From a virus (Duplodnaviria > Heunggongvirae > Uroviricota > Caudoviricetes), in IMG/VR virus record IMGVR_UViG_651053022_000004, positions 14,440 through 78,439 of that record: a stretch of 64,000 bases of DNA; one strand, written 5' to 3'. A program made the translations under genes and the position numbers. This document shows positions 14,174-21,650 of the stretch, one piece after another (position 1 is the stretch's first letter; every line of letters starts with the position of its first letter). Below the pieces are notes generated by a model that ran no database searches, was not told where the DNA came from, and worked only from the letters and a program-made list of their open reading frames with translations.

Positions 14174-14499
14174 AGACCTTCCGCTGGAAAGTGAAACCCG
14201 GTATGGATGTGGCTTCGGTCCCTTCTGTAAGAAAGGTGCGCTTTGGTGATGGCTATTCTCAGCGAGCGCCTGCCGGGCTGAATGCCAACCTGAAAACGTA
14301 CAGCGTGACGCTTTCTGTCCCCCGTGAGGAGGCCACGGTACTGGAGTCGTTTCTGGAAGAGCACGGGGGCTGGAAATCCTTTCTGTGGACGCCGCCTTAT
14401 GAGTGGCAGCAGATAAAGGTGACCTGCGCAAAATGGTCGTCGCGGGTCAGTATGCTGCGTGTTGAGTTCAGCGCAGAGTTTGAACAGGTGGTGAACTGA
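14170..14499 (+). CDS. M: minor tail protein M
   Basis: 109 aa, MKTFRWKVKPGMDVASVPSVRKVRFGDGY; lambda gpM. Confidence 0.95.
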   Translation: MKTFRWKVKPGMDVASVPSVRKVRFGDGYSQRAPAGLNANLKTYSVTLSVPREEATVLESFLEEHGGWKSFLWTPPYEWQQIKVTCAKWSSRVSMLRVEFSAEFEQVVN

Positions 14500-15197
14500 T
14501 GCAGGATATCCGGCAGGAAACACTGAATGAATGCACCCGTGCGGAGCAGTCGGCCAGCGTGGTGCTCTGGGAAATCGACCTGACAGAGGTCGGTGGAGAA
14601 CGTTATTTTTTCTGTAATGAGCAGAACGAAAAAGGTGAGCCGGTCACCTGGCAGGGGCGACAGTATCAGCCGTATCCCATTCAGGGGAGCGGTTTTGAAC
14701 TGAATGGCAAAGGCACCAGTACGCGCCCCACGCTGACGGTTTCTAACCTGTACGGTATGGTCACCGGGATGGCGGAAGATCTGCAGAGTCTGGTCGGCGG
14801 AACGGTGGTCCGGCGTAAGGTTTACGCCCGTTTTCTGGATGCGGTGAACTTCGTCAACGGAAACAGTTATGCCGATCCGGAGCAGGAGGTGATCAGCCGC
14901 TGGCGCATTGAGCAGTGCAGCGAACTGAGCGCGGTGAGTGCCTCCTTTGTACTGTCCACGCCGACGGAAACGGATGGCGCTGTTTTTCCGGGACGTATCA
15001 TGCTGGCCAACACCTGCACCTGGACCTATCGCGGTGACGAGTGCGGTTATAGCGGTCCGGCTGTCGCGGATGAATATGACCAGCCAACGTCCGATATCAC
15101 GAAGGATAAATGCAGCAAATGCCTGAGCGGTTGTAAGTTCCGCAATAACGTCGGCAACTTTGGCGGCTTCCTTTCCATTAACAAACTTTCGCAGTAA
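14499..15197 (+). CDS. L: minor tail protein L
   Basis: 232 aa; lambda gpL including the C-terminal cysteine cluster. Confidence 0.95.
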   Translation: MQDIRQETLNECTRAEQSASVVLWEIDLTEVGGERYFFCNEQNEKGEPVTWQGRQYQPYPIQGSGFELNGKGTSTRPTLTVSNLYGMVTGMAEDLQSLVGGTVVRRKVYARFLDAVNFVNGNSYADPEQEVISRWRIEQCSELSAVSASFVLSTPTETDGAVFPGRIMLANTCTWTYRGDECGYSGPAVADEYDQPTSDITKDKCSKCLSGCKFRNNVGNFGGFLSINKLSQ

Positions 15198-15201
15198 TCC
15201 C

Positions 15202-15630
15202 ATGACACAGACAGAATCAGCGATTCTGGCGCACGCCCGGCGATGTGCGCCAGCGGAGTCGTGTGGCTTCGTGGTGAGAACGCCGAAGGGGGAAAGATAT
15301 TTTCCCTGCGTGAATATCTCCGGTGAGCCGGAGGCGTATTTCCGGATGTCGCCGGAGGACTGGCTGCGGGCAGAGATGCAGGGTGAGATTGTGGCGCTGG
15401 TCCACAGCCACCCCGGTGGTCTGCCCTGGCTGAGTGAGGCTGACAGGCGGCTGCAGGTGCAGAGTGATTTGCCGTGGTGGCTGGTCTGCCGGGGGGCGAT
15501 TCATAAGTTCCGCTGTGTGCCGCATCTTACCGGGCGGCGCTTTGAGCACGGGGTGACGGACTGTTACACGCTGTTCCGGGATGCTTATCATCTGGCGGGG
15601 ATAAACCATAGAGCAGAATTATTTTTCTGA
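15202..15630 (+). pseudogene. K: tail tip protein K, truncated after about residue 134 by a sequence discontinuity
   Basis: MTQTESAILAHARRCAPAESCGFV... follows lambda gpK up to ...DCYTLFRDAYHLAGI (nt 15603), then reads NHRAELFF-stop into AT-rich unrelated sequence. Confidence 0.85.
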
Positions 15631-15798
15631 TGTTGTTTATTGTTTATTTAAATGCAGGGTGGTTTATATCTCGTCTTGTAGTTTATCCATGCATATCTGC
15701 TTGATAATCAGGTTTTTATTTAAGGTATGGTTTTGTGTTTTTTCTGTATTACATGTCAGGTATTTTAAAGAATCATTTTTCAGATGGTGGAAAGAACC

Positions 15799-15987
15799 AT
15801 GGCATTTAAACACTATGATGTTGTCAGGGCGGCGTCGCCGTCAGATCTTGCGGAAAAGCTGACACATAAACTGAAAGAGGGCTGGCAGCCGTTTGGTAGT
15901 CCGGTGGCCATAACCCCTTATACCCTGATGCAGGCGATTGCAGCAGAAGGTGATGTGGTGGTCAGTGGTGCAACTGAGCCGGAGTGA
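15799..15987 (+). CDS. small hypothetical protein upstream of the lysis cassette
   Basis: 62 aa from ATG 15799 (MAFKHYDVVRAASPSDLAEKL...), purine-rich stretch upstream; no family assignment. Confidence 0.4.
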   Translation: MAFKHYDVVRAASPSDLAEKLTHKLKEGWQPFGSPVAITPYTLMQAIAAEGDVVVSGATEPE

Positions 15988-16229
15988 TACTACGTCATCG
16001 TACTGGCCCGGCATTCTAGGCCATAAAGGACAGTCTGGCAGTGGGACTAAATGCACTGACGCTGACGGATATTACCAAAAATGCAACGTATGGCGTTGAG
16101 ATAGAAAGTCTGGTGCTGGAGATAAATGTACCGGCATCATCATAAAAAGTGAGCCAGTCAAATGGAAGGTATCGTTAAACTCACCGGTAGTGTCAGTGGG
16201 TCGTCTGAGATGCCTGCATGAGTTATCAG

Positions 16230-16262
16230 AGCCATCAGTACTTAACTGGTGGCTTTTTTTAT
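16230..16262 (+). terminator. intrinsic terminator upstream of the holin, tR'-like position
   Basis: Stem agccatcag / ctggtggct with one G-U pair, 7-nt loop, followed by T7. Confidence 0.5.
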
Positions 16263-16295
16263 TGTTGTCAGCTTCCGGATAACGGGAGACGGGGT

Positions 16296-16511
16296 ATGGA
16301 CCAGATGGAAAAAATCACAACAGGTGTGTCATACACCACGTCAGCGGTGGGAACGGGCTACTGGTTCCTGCAGTTGCTGGACAGGGTTTCCCCGTCTCAG
16401 TGGGCGGCAATAGGCGTGCTGGGGAGTCTGCTGTTTGGGCTGCTGACATATCTGACTAACCTGTATTTCAAAATCAGAGAGGACCGTCGTAAGGCGGCAC
16501 GGGGAGAGTAA
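16296..16511 (+). CDS. class II holin (pinholin), phage 21 S21 family
   Basis: 71 aa [71 protein letters not shown]; dual-start M1/M4 motif; close to S21 as recalled; RBS GGGAGACGGGG upstream. Confidence 0.85.
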   Translation: MDQMEKITTGVSYTTSAVGTGYWFLQLLDRVSPSQWAAIGVLGSLLFGLLTYLTNLYFKIREDRRKAARGE

Positions 16512-16515
16512 TTCA

Positions 16516-16866
16516 ATGACTCAAAACTATGAACTGATTGTGAAAGGGATCCGCAATTTTGAGAATAAAGTTACGGTAACTTTAGCGTTACGGGACAAAA
16601 AACGCTTTGACGGTGAAATTTTTGACCTGGACATCTCGCTGGACCGTGTTGAAGGTGCCGCGCTGGAGTTTTATGAGGCAGCAGCCAGAAGGAGCATCAG
16701 ACAGGTCTTCCTGGATGTTGCTGCCGCGTTATGTGAAGGGGATGAGCAGTCGCCGGAAAAGCGCCCCGTAATTTTAGAGGCGCAGAATGTATGGATAACC
16801 TACAAAGGAAAGCTACCGGGAAGAATTACTGGTTCTCTGAAGACTCCTCCGGAATCACAACCTTAA
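16516..16866 (+). CDS. holin-adjacent protein, possibly YdfR/DUF1327-like, with an aberrant C-terminus read from repeat copy A
   Basis: 116 aa MTQNYELIVKGIRNFENKVTVTLALRDKKRFDGEIFDLDISLDRVEGAALEFYEAAARRS...; sits between holin and lysozyme as ydfR does in Qin; last ~38 codons are encoded by the 16748-16860 repeat. Confidence 0.55.
   Translation: MTQNYELIVKGIRNFENKVTVTLALRDKKRFDGEIFDLDISLDRVEGAALEFYEAAARRSIRQVFLDVAAALCEGDEQSPEKRPVILEAQNVWITYKGKLPGRITGSLKTPPESQP
16748..16860. repeat. copy A of a ~113-bp imperfect direct repeat (copy B at 17652-17765)
   Basis: agtcgccggaaaagcgccccgtaattttagaggcgcag...ctaccgggaa..aatta..ggttctctgaaga occurs twice, 904 bp apart, about 88% identical. Confidence 0.85.
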
Positions 16867-16895
16867 GTCACTGACCGGAACAGATAAACCTGTCC

Positions 16896-17428
16896 GTGGG
16901 GCAAAAATCAGATACGGCCTGTCGGCTGCCGTTCTGGCACTGATTGCCGTCGGTGCGCCCGCGCCTGATATTCTCGACCAGTTTCTGGATGAAAAAGAAG
17001 GTAACCACACAACGGCATACCGCGATGGGTCCGGCATCTGGACCATCTGTCGGGGGGCCACGATGGTGGATGGAAAACCCGTTTTTCCCGGTATGAAACT
17101 GTCGAAGGAAAAATGCGACCAGGTCAACGCCATTGAGCGTGATAAGGCGCTGGCATGGGTGGAGCGCAATATTAAAGTACCACTGACCGAACCACAAAAA
17201 GCGGGTATAGCGTCATTCTGTCCCTATAACATTGGCCCCGGTAAGTGTTTCCCGTCGACGTTTTATAAGCGGCTGAATGCCGGTGATCGTAAGGGCGCAT
17301 GCGAGGCGATTCGCTGGTGGATAAAAGATGGTGGGCGCGATTGCCGCATACGTTCAAATAACTGCTATGGACAGGTTATTCGTCGTGACCAGGAAAGCGC
17401 ATTAGCCTGTTGGGGGATAGAGCAGTGA
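16896..17428 (+). pseudogene. SAR endolysin (lysozyme), 5'-truncated copy without start codon
   Basis: Reads (..)KIRYGLSAAVLALIAVGAPAPDILDQFLDEKEGNHTTAYRDG... in frame but nothing precedes KIRYG; the first in-frame ATG (17063) would lack the conserved E-D-T N-terminal region; about 90% identical to the intact copy at 18108. Confidence 0.75.
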
Positions 17429-17829
17429 GCAGAGTCGCCGCGATTATTTATGCTTTGGTTATCTGCATCATCGTCTGCCTGTCGTGGGCGGTCAATCATT
17501 ACCGTGATAACGCCATCGCCTACAAAGAACAGCGTGATAAAAAAGTCAGTGAGCTGAAGCAGTCGATCGCCACCATCGCTGACATGCAGCAGCGTCAGCG
17601 TGATGTTGCTGCACTCGATGCAAAGTACTCGAGAGAATTAGCCAATGCGAAAGTCGCCGGAAAAGCGCCCCGTAATTTTAGAGGCGCAGGATGTGTTGAT
17701 AACCTACAGAGGAAAACTACCGGGAATAATTACGGGTTCTCTGAAGAGTCCGCCGAAATGGTAATTTTACCAGCATATTTTTCATCCAGTAATACAGCAA
17801 GCCGCCTGAAAGAGTCTTGTTGTTCCTGA
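17410..17829 (+). pseudogene. Rz i-spanin N-terminal fragment fused to repeat copy B
   Basis: ...[75 protein letters not shown] matches the first half of the intact Rz at 19284, then runs into the 17652-17765 repeat. Confidence 0.65.
17652..17765. repeat. copy B of the ~113-bp imperfect direct repeat
   Basis: See copy A at 16748-16860. Confidence 0.85.
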
Positions 17830-18002
17830 GACCATTTGGGATTGCATGATTCAAACTGGATTGATGCCAGCGTTGATTGCATCTGTTCCCTTGGAATTGA
17901 GAATGCCAGATATGAGAAGGCGACGGTAAGGGTATTCACGTCTTCCCGAAGCCTGGAAATGCTGTCGAGCAACTCCTGTAGAGAAATGGTGTTATTGTCC
18001 AT
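17730..18002 (-). CDS. hypothetical protein, antisense to the lysis genes
   Basis: 90 aa [29 protein letters not shown]...; strong RBS (GAGGA, 6-nt spacer) before the ATG at 18002; 3' end overlaps repeat copy B. Confidence 0.4.
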   Translation of the reverse strand: MDNNTISLQELLDSISRLREDVNTLTVAFSYLAFSIPREQMQSTLASIQFESCNPKWSQEQQDSFRRLAVLLDEKYAGKITISADSSENP

Positions 18003-18107
18003 AAATAATCCTCATGATTGTATTGACCTGTTAGCAGCCTGAGGCAACAGGCTGGAACTGATAAACATATCCAGGGCTCAGAAACCGATAAATCCTGATA
18101 AATATCC

Positions 18108-18641
18108 ATGAACGCAAAAATCAGATACGGCCTGTCGGCTGCCGTTCTGGCGCTGATTGCCGCTGGTGCGCCTGCGCCTGACATTCTCGACCAGTTTCTG
18201 GATGAAAAGGAAGGTAACCACACCACGGCATACCGTGATGGCGCGGGTATCTGGACCATCTGCCGCGGTGCCATCCTGGTGGATGGCAAACCTGTCGTTC
18301 CGGGCATGAAGTTGTCGAAGGAAAAATGCGACCGGGTTAACGCCATTGAGCGTGATAAGGCGCTGGCATGGGTGGAGAAAAACATCAAAGTGCCATTGAC
18401 CGAACCCCAGAAAGCGGGGATCGCGTCATTCTGTCCGTACAACATTGGTCCCGGTAAGTGTTTCCCGTCGACGTTTTACAGACGAATTAATGCAGGTGAT
18501 CGCAGGGGAGCATGCGAAGCGATTCGCTGGTGGATTAAGGACGGTGGCAGAGACTGCCGTATTCGCTCAAATAACTGTTACGGTCAGGTATTCCGTCGTG
18601 ACCAGGAGAGCGCGCTGGCGTGCTGGGGAATCGACAGATAA
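18108..18641 (+). CDS. SAR endolysin (lysozyme), Qin RrrQ-like
   Basis: 177 aa MNAKIRYGLSAAVLALIAAGAPAPDILDQFLDEKEGNHTTAYRDGAGIWTICRG...; weakly hydrophobic Gly/Ala-rich N-terminal SAR segment; closely resembles E. coli Qin prophage lysozyme as recalled. Confidence 0.9.
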   Translation: MNAKIRYGLSAAVLALIAAGAPAPDILDQFLDEKEGNHTTAYRDGAGIWTICRGAILVDGKPVVPGMKLSKEKCDRVNAIERDKALAWVEKNIKVPLTEPQKAGIASFCPYNIGPGKCFPSTFYRRINAGDRRGACEAIRWWIKDGGRDCRIRSNNCYGQVFRRDQESALACWGIDR

Positions 18642-18835
18642 GCAGAATATTTTGCTGAAAAATGAGGTTGGCCAACGCGGGCGGATAACACGAAGTCCTG
18701 TGAACTGGCAAAACCTAAGTGAATAAAAGTAAAAACCCCGTTTGTTGGCAGCAAGCGGGGTTTTGTTTTTATGGCAGTAAGCTATGGGAGGCTGCCTTGA
18801 TTGATTTTAGCAAACTGATTAGGGAGTTGCGACTC

Positions 18836-18931
18836 ATGATTAGTCAATTACCAAACTGGAAATTTTTGCTGGTCTGGAGCATCCCTTTTTTATGGGTAGT
18901 ATCCCAGTTAATTGTGGCAATTAAGGGGTAG
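18836..18931 (+). CDS. small hydrophobic peptide P0 (31 aa)
   Basis: MISQLPNWKFLLVWSIPFLWVVSQLIVAIKG; RBS AGGGAG upstream; stop lies 2 nt before the next start. Confidence 0.35.
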   Translation: MISQLPNWKFLLVWSIPFLWVVSQLIVAIKG

Positions 18932-18933
18932 CT

Positions 18934-19065
18934 ATGTCAGACAAACTCATAACGCCGGCAAAGGTCCTGTGTGTGATTGTCGGTATTTCATTTTCACTAA
19001 TGCTGGTTGCTCTTTTTCTGTCCCTCGCCTGGGTGATGTTGTCTTCGTCGGGGCTGCTGGGGTGA
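18934..19065 (+). CDS. small hydrophobic peptide P1 (43 aa)
   Basis: MSDKLITPAKVLCVIVGISFSLMLVALFLSLAWVMLSSSGLLG; RBS AAGGGG 5 nt upstream; one predicted TM helix. Confidence 0.45.
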   Translation: MSDKLITPAKVLCVIVGISFSLMLVALFLSLAWVMLSSSGLLG

Positions 19066-19184
19066 CAGTGACTGATGACATCAGCAGAGCGCTGGCTTTT
19101 GCTATTAAGTGGGTGGCTGTTGGTATTGCTGTGTCTCCGATGCTGTATGGGCTGGCAAAACTGGTCATTGCGCTGAAATCGTGA
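19062..19184 (+). CDS. small hydrophobic peptide P2 (40 aa), GTG start overlapping P1 stop
   Basis: (M)[39 protein letters not shown]; GTGA start/stop overlap with P1. Confidence 0.4.
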   Translation: MTVTDDISRALAFAIKWVAVGIAVSPMLYGLAKLVIALKS

Positions 19185-19282
19185 ACTTTAAAAAGATGAG
19201 TGCTGAACTTATTCGGGCAATGGCATTTGCCATTCGTATTGTGGCCATTGCTGTTCTGGTCTGGGCAATCCGTTGGTGGTGA
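19181..19282 (+). CDS. small hydrophobic peptide P3 (33 aa), GTG start overlapping P2 stop
   Basis: (M)[32 protein letters not shown]; paralogous to P2 (ALAFAIKWVAVGIAV vs [15 protein letters not shown]); stop 1 nt before the Rz ATG. Confidence 0.4.
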   Translation: MNFKKMSAELIRAMAFAIRIVAIAVLVWAIRWW

Positions 19283-19283
19283 T

Positions 19284-19778
19284 ATGAACCGTGTTCTGTG
19301 TGTGGTGATTATTGTCATGCTGGTAGCCTGTGGTGTGCTTAGTCTGGGGCTGAATCATTACCGCGATAACGCCATCACCTACAAAGCGCAGCGCGATAAA
19401 AAAGTCAGTGAGCTGAAACTGGCGAATGCCACTATTACTGACATGCAGCAGCGCCAGCGAGATGTCGCTGCGCTTGATGCCAGATACACGAAGGAATTAG
19501 CCGATGCGAGAGCTGAAAATGAAACTCTGCGCGCTGATGTTGCCGCTGGTCGTAAGCGCCTGCGGGTCAACGCCACCTGCCCCGGTACCGTGCGTGAAGC
19601 CACCGGCACCTCCAGCGTGGATAATGCAACCGGCCCCCGACTGGCAGACACCGCTGAACGGGATTATTTCATCCTCAGAGAACGGTTGATGACAATGCAG
19701 AAGCAGCTGGAAGGGGCGCAGGAATATATCCGCACTCAGTGCACTAAGCTGGCTTTTTATTATCCGGAGGATACATGA
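19284..19778 (+). CDS. i-spanin Rz
   Basis: 164 aa from ATG 19284, [45 protein letters not shown]...; N-terminal TM helix plus coiled coil, lambda Rz-like. Confidence 0.88.
   Translation: MNRVLCVVIIVMLVACGVLSLGLNHYRDNAITYKAQRDKKVSELKLANATITDMQQRQRDVAALDARYTKELADARAENETLRADVAAGRKRLRVNATCPGTVREATGTSSVDNATGPRLADTAERDYFILRERLMTMQKQLEGAQEYIRTQCTKLAFYYPEDT
19504..19689 (+). CDS. o-spanin Rz1 lipoprotein, embedded in Rz in the +1 frame
   Basis: [61 protein letters not shown]; lipobox VVSAC and proline-rich body as in lambda Rz1. Confidence 0.85.
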   Translation: MRELKMKLCALMLPLVVSACGSTPPAPVPCVKPPAPPAWIMQPAPDWQTPLNGIISSSENG

Positions 19779-19990
19779 AGAAATTACGGGTAACCGTAGA
19801 ACCTTTTCAGGGAACAATTCCGTTCCGTATTTTGCAGCGTGGTCGTGTTCTTGTTGAAGGTTCGTTCAGTGGTAAATGTACGCAATTACACTCCCGGACC
19901 TTTCAGGTGAATGCCACGAATGAAGAGCTAACCGTGGAGTGTACGATGAATGCCGCTAAATGCCGCATGGTATTACAGCCAGTGTGTTGA
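19775..19990 (+). CDS. hypothetical protein, start overlapping the Rz stop
   Basis: 71 aa [31 protein letters not shown]...; ATGA overlap with the Rz stop; no family assignment. Confidence 0.4.
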   Translation: MKKLRVTVEPFQGTIPFRILQRGRVLVEGSFSGKCTQLHSRTFQVNATNEELTVECTMNAAKCRMVLQPVC

Positions 19991-20188
19991 GCGACCTTAT
20001 TATCCATGCGCGGTATTGTCGCCGTATTCCTGCATTAACAGAGACCGCAGCCCGACAGGGAGACTCCTCTGCGCGAGTGTGCGGGGATAATCAAAAACGA
20101 TACACACCGGGGTTTACCGCGTTAACGGAGCGCGGCGTTGTCCCCTCATAGTCGCCTGTCCGGTGCGATGGTGGAAGAAACCGAACGT

Positions 20189-20389
20189 TCATTTCTCGTT
20201 ATTTGTCATGCTGGCCGGGCGCAGATGCGTTGCATCTGTTGCCAGCCTTCTCCTGCAGGCTTCAATAACCCACGCTGAAAAGTTACCGGACCCTTTATGC
20301 TCAAGGGCGATGTTGATCTGTTCAATTATGTGATTGGGGAAACGGATATTGCGGGTTGTGGTTCTGCGGGTCCGGTTTTTCGATGACAT
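20189..20389 (-). CDS. small ribbon-helix-helix-like DNA-binding protein
   Basis: 66 aa from ATG 20389, MSSKNRTRRTTTRNIRFPNHIIEQINIALEHKGSGNFSAWVIEACRRRL; RBS AAGGAAA upstream; basic N-tail then beta-strand and helix pattern. Confidence 0.5.
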   Translation of the reverse strand: MSSKNRTRRTTTRNIRFPNHIIEQINIALEHKGSGNFSAWVIEACRRRLATDATHLRPASMTNNEK

Positions 20390-20430
20390 ATTTATTTCCT
20401 TTACTGATTGCCATATGACGGGGATTTTAC

Positions 20431-20796
20431 ATGGCTGAGCTTCGTACACTCCAGAGCAGAATCAAAACACTGAATACCCGACGGGTGAATATTCTGAAGG
20501 GGGAGCAGCGTCGTGTCAGTGGCAGTGCACGTGTTTCCCTCAAGCGTCATATCTGGCTGAGGGACGCCGGGCAGTGCTGTATCTGTGGTCGTGTGGTTGA
20601 CCTCTGTGACAGTGAACTCGATCACCGAATTGCACTTCAGTTCGGTGGTGGTAATGAGGAGACGAATCTTTGGACGCTCTGTGCCGAATGCCATCGACAA
20701 AAGTCTGCTCGTGAAGCGGCGAGTGGTATGCCGGACCCGACGCTGCCGGAGGTGTCCGGAGGTAGTGGCAGAGAGGACGACATCATCGGACTGTAA
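20431..20796 (+). CDS. HNH endonuclease (terminase-associated)
   Basis: 121 aa with CxxC...DHRIALQFGGGNEETNLWTLCAECHRQK HNH/zinc-finger motif, located just upstream of the terminase genes. Confidence 0.85.
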   Translation: MAELRTLQSRIKTLNTRRVNILKGEQRRVSGSARVSLKRHIWLRDAGQCCICGRVVDLCDSELDHRIALQFGGGNEETNLWTLCAECHRQKSAREAASGMPDPTLPEVSGGSGREDDIIGL

Positions 20797-20888
20797 CCCA
20801 ACCCGGGGGGGGTATCATCCGGCGTAAAAAACGATCGCTTTGGACACCGCGCCCCCTCTCACGCAGAGAAAAAATTCCCGTTTCAGGG

Positions 20889-21012
20889 CAGTTAACATGT
20901 TAACTGGCTGCCCGGGCATTTTTGCGGTTTTTATCTTTATTATTCAGTTTGTTGTGCGGAAAAAATGTTAACAGGCTTTTTCAGCAAATGTTAACCAGGC
21001 AGCAGTTAACAT
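20889..21012. repeat. cluster of gttaacat/atgttaac sites upstream of the terminase small subunit gene, including an 18-bp perfect palindrome
   Basis: cagttaacatgttaactg at 20889-20906; atgttaac at 20965 and 20988; gttaacat at 21005. Confidence 0.8.
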
Positions 21013-21086
21013 TTGCGGCATGAGACGCCGGGAAAAATGGGCTGAACCATACCCGGCTGAGTGCGTTCTGGACCCGGGAGGAGGCT

Positions 21087-21650
21087 GTGCTGACAACGCA
21101 AAAACGAAAATTTGCGCTGGCGCTCATGTCCGGGAAAAACAAAACAGCGTCAGCCATTGCCGCCGGTTATTCGGCGAAGACCGCCAGGGTTAAAGGCTCG
21201 CAGCTGGCAAAAGATCCTGAGGTGCTTGCGTTTATAGCCCGTAAACAATGCGAGACGGTGGAGGTGGATGAGGTTCCTGTTTACCGGCAGAAAAAATCAG
21301 AGCAGGAGGATAAACCCCGTCGCCGTGAGGCGGCTGCAATACCACAGCCGGACGAAAACAATCTGGAGATGCCACCGTCCGCGGTGATGTCTCCTGGTAT
21401 TGAATATATGGAGGATGGTCTTCCCGATCCGGTGAAAGCCATGGGGCGGATCCTGGTGGAAAACCTCTGCATTGATCCGAAACTGGCACTGGATGCGGCC
21501 TGGCGTCTGGCGCAGTTCACGCACCATAAAAAAGGGGATACCGGGAAAAAATCGGCAAAAGGTGATGCCGCGAAAAAAGCGGCTAACCGTTTTGCGGTGC
21601 CACCGCCCCCCCGACTGGTGGTGAATAACGATAATGAGGGCAACGGATGA
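21087..21650 (+). CDS. terminase small subunit
   Basis: 187 aa, GTG start after RBS GGGAGGAGG; N-terminal HTH-like KRKFALALMSGKNKTASAIAAGYSAKTARVKGSQL; sits immediately before the large subunit gene. Confidence 0.8.
   Translation: MLTTQKRKFALALMSGKNKTASAIAAGYSAKTARVKGSQLAKDPEVLAFIARKQCETVEVDEVPVYRQKKSEQEDKPRRREAAAIPQPDENNLEMPPSAVMSPGIEYMEDGLPDPVKAMGRILVENLCIDPKLALDAAWRLAQFTHHKKGDTGKKSAKGDAAKKAANRFAVPPPPRLVVNNDNEGNG

Noticed and set aside
15604-20430. Integrase, transposase or IS element at the K discontinuity
   Set aside because: No ORF in or near the junctions shows recombinase or transposase motifs and there are no terminal inverted repeats or target-site duplications.
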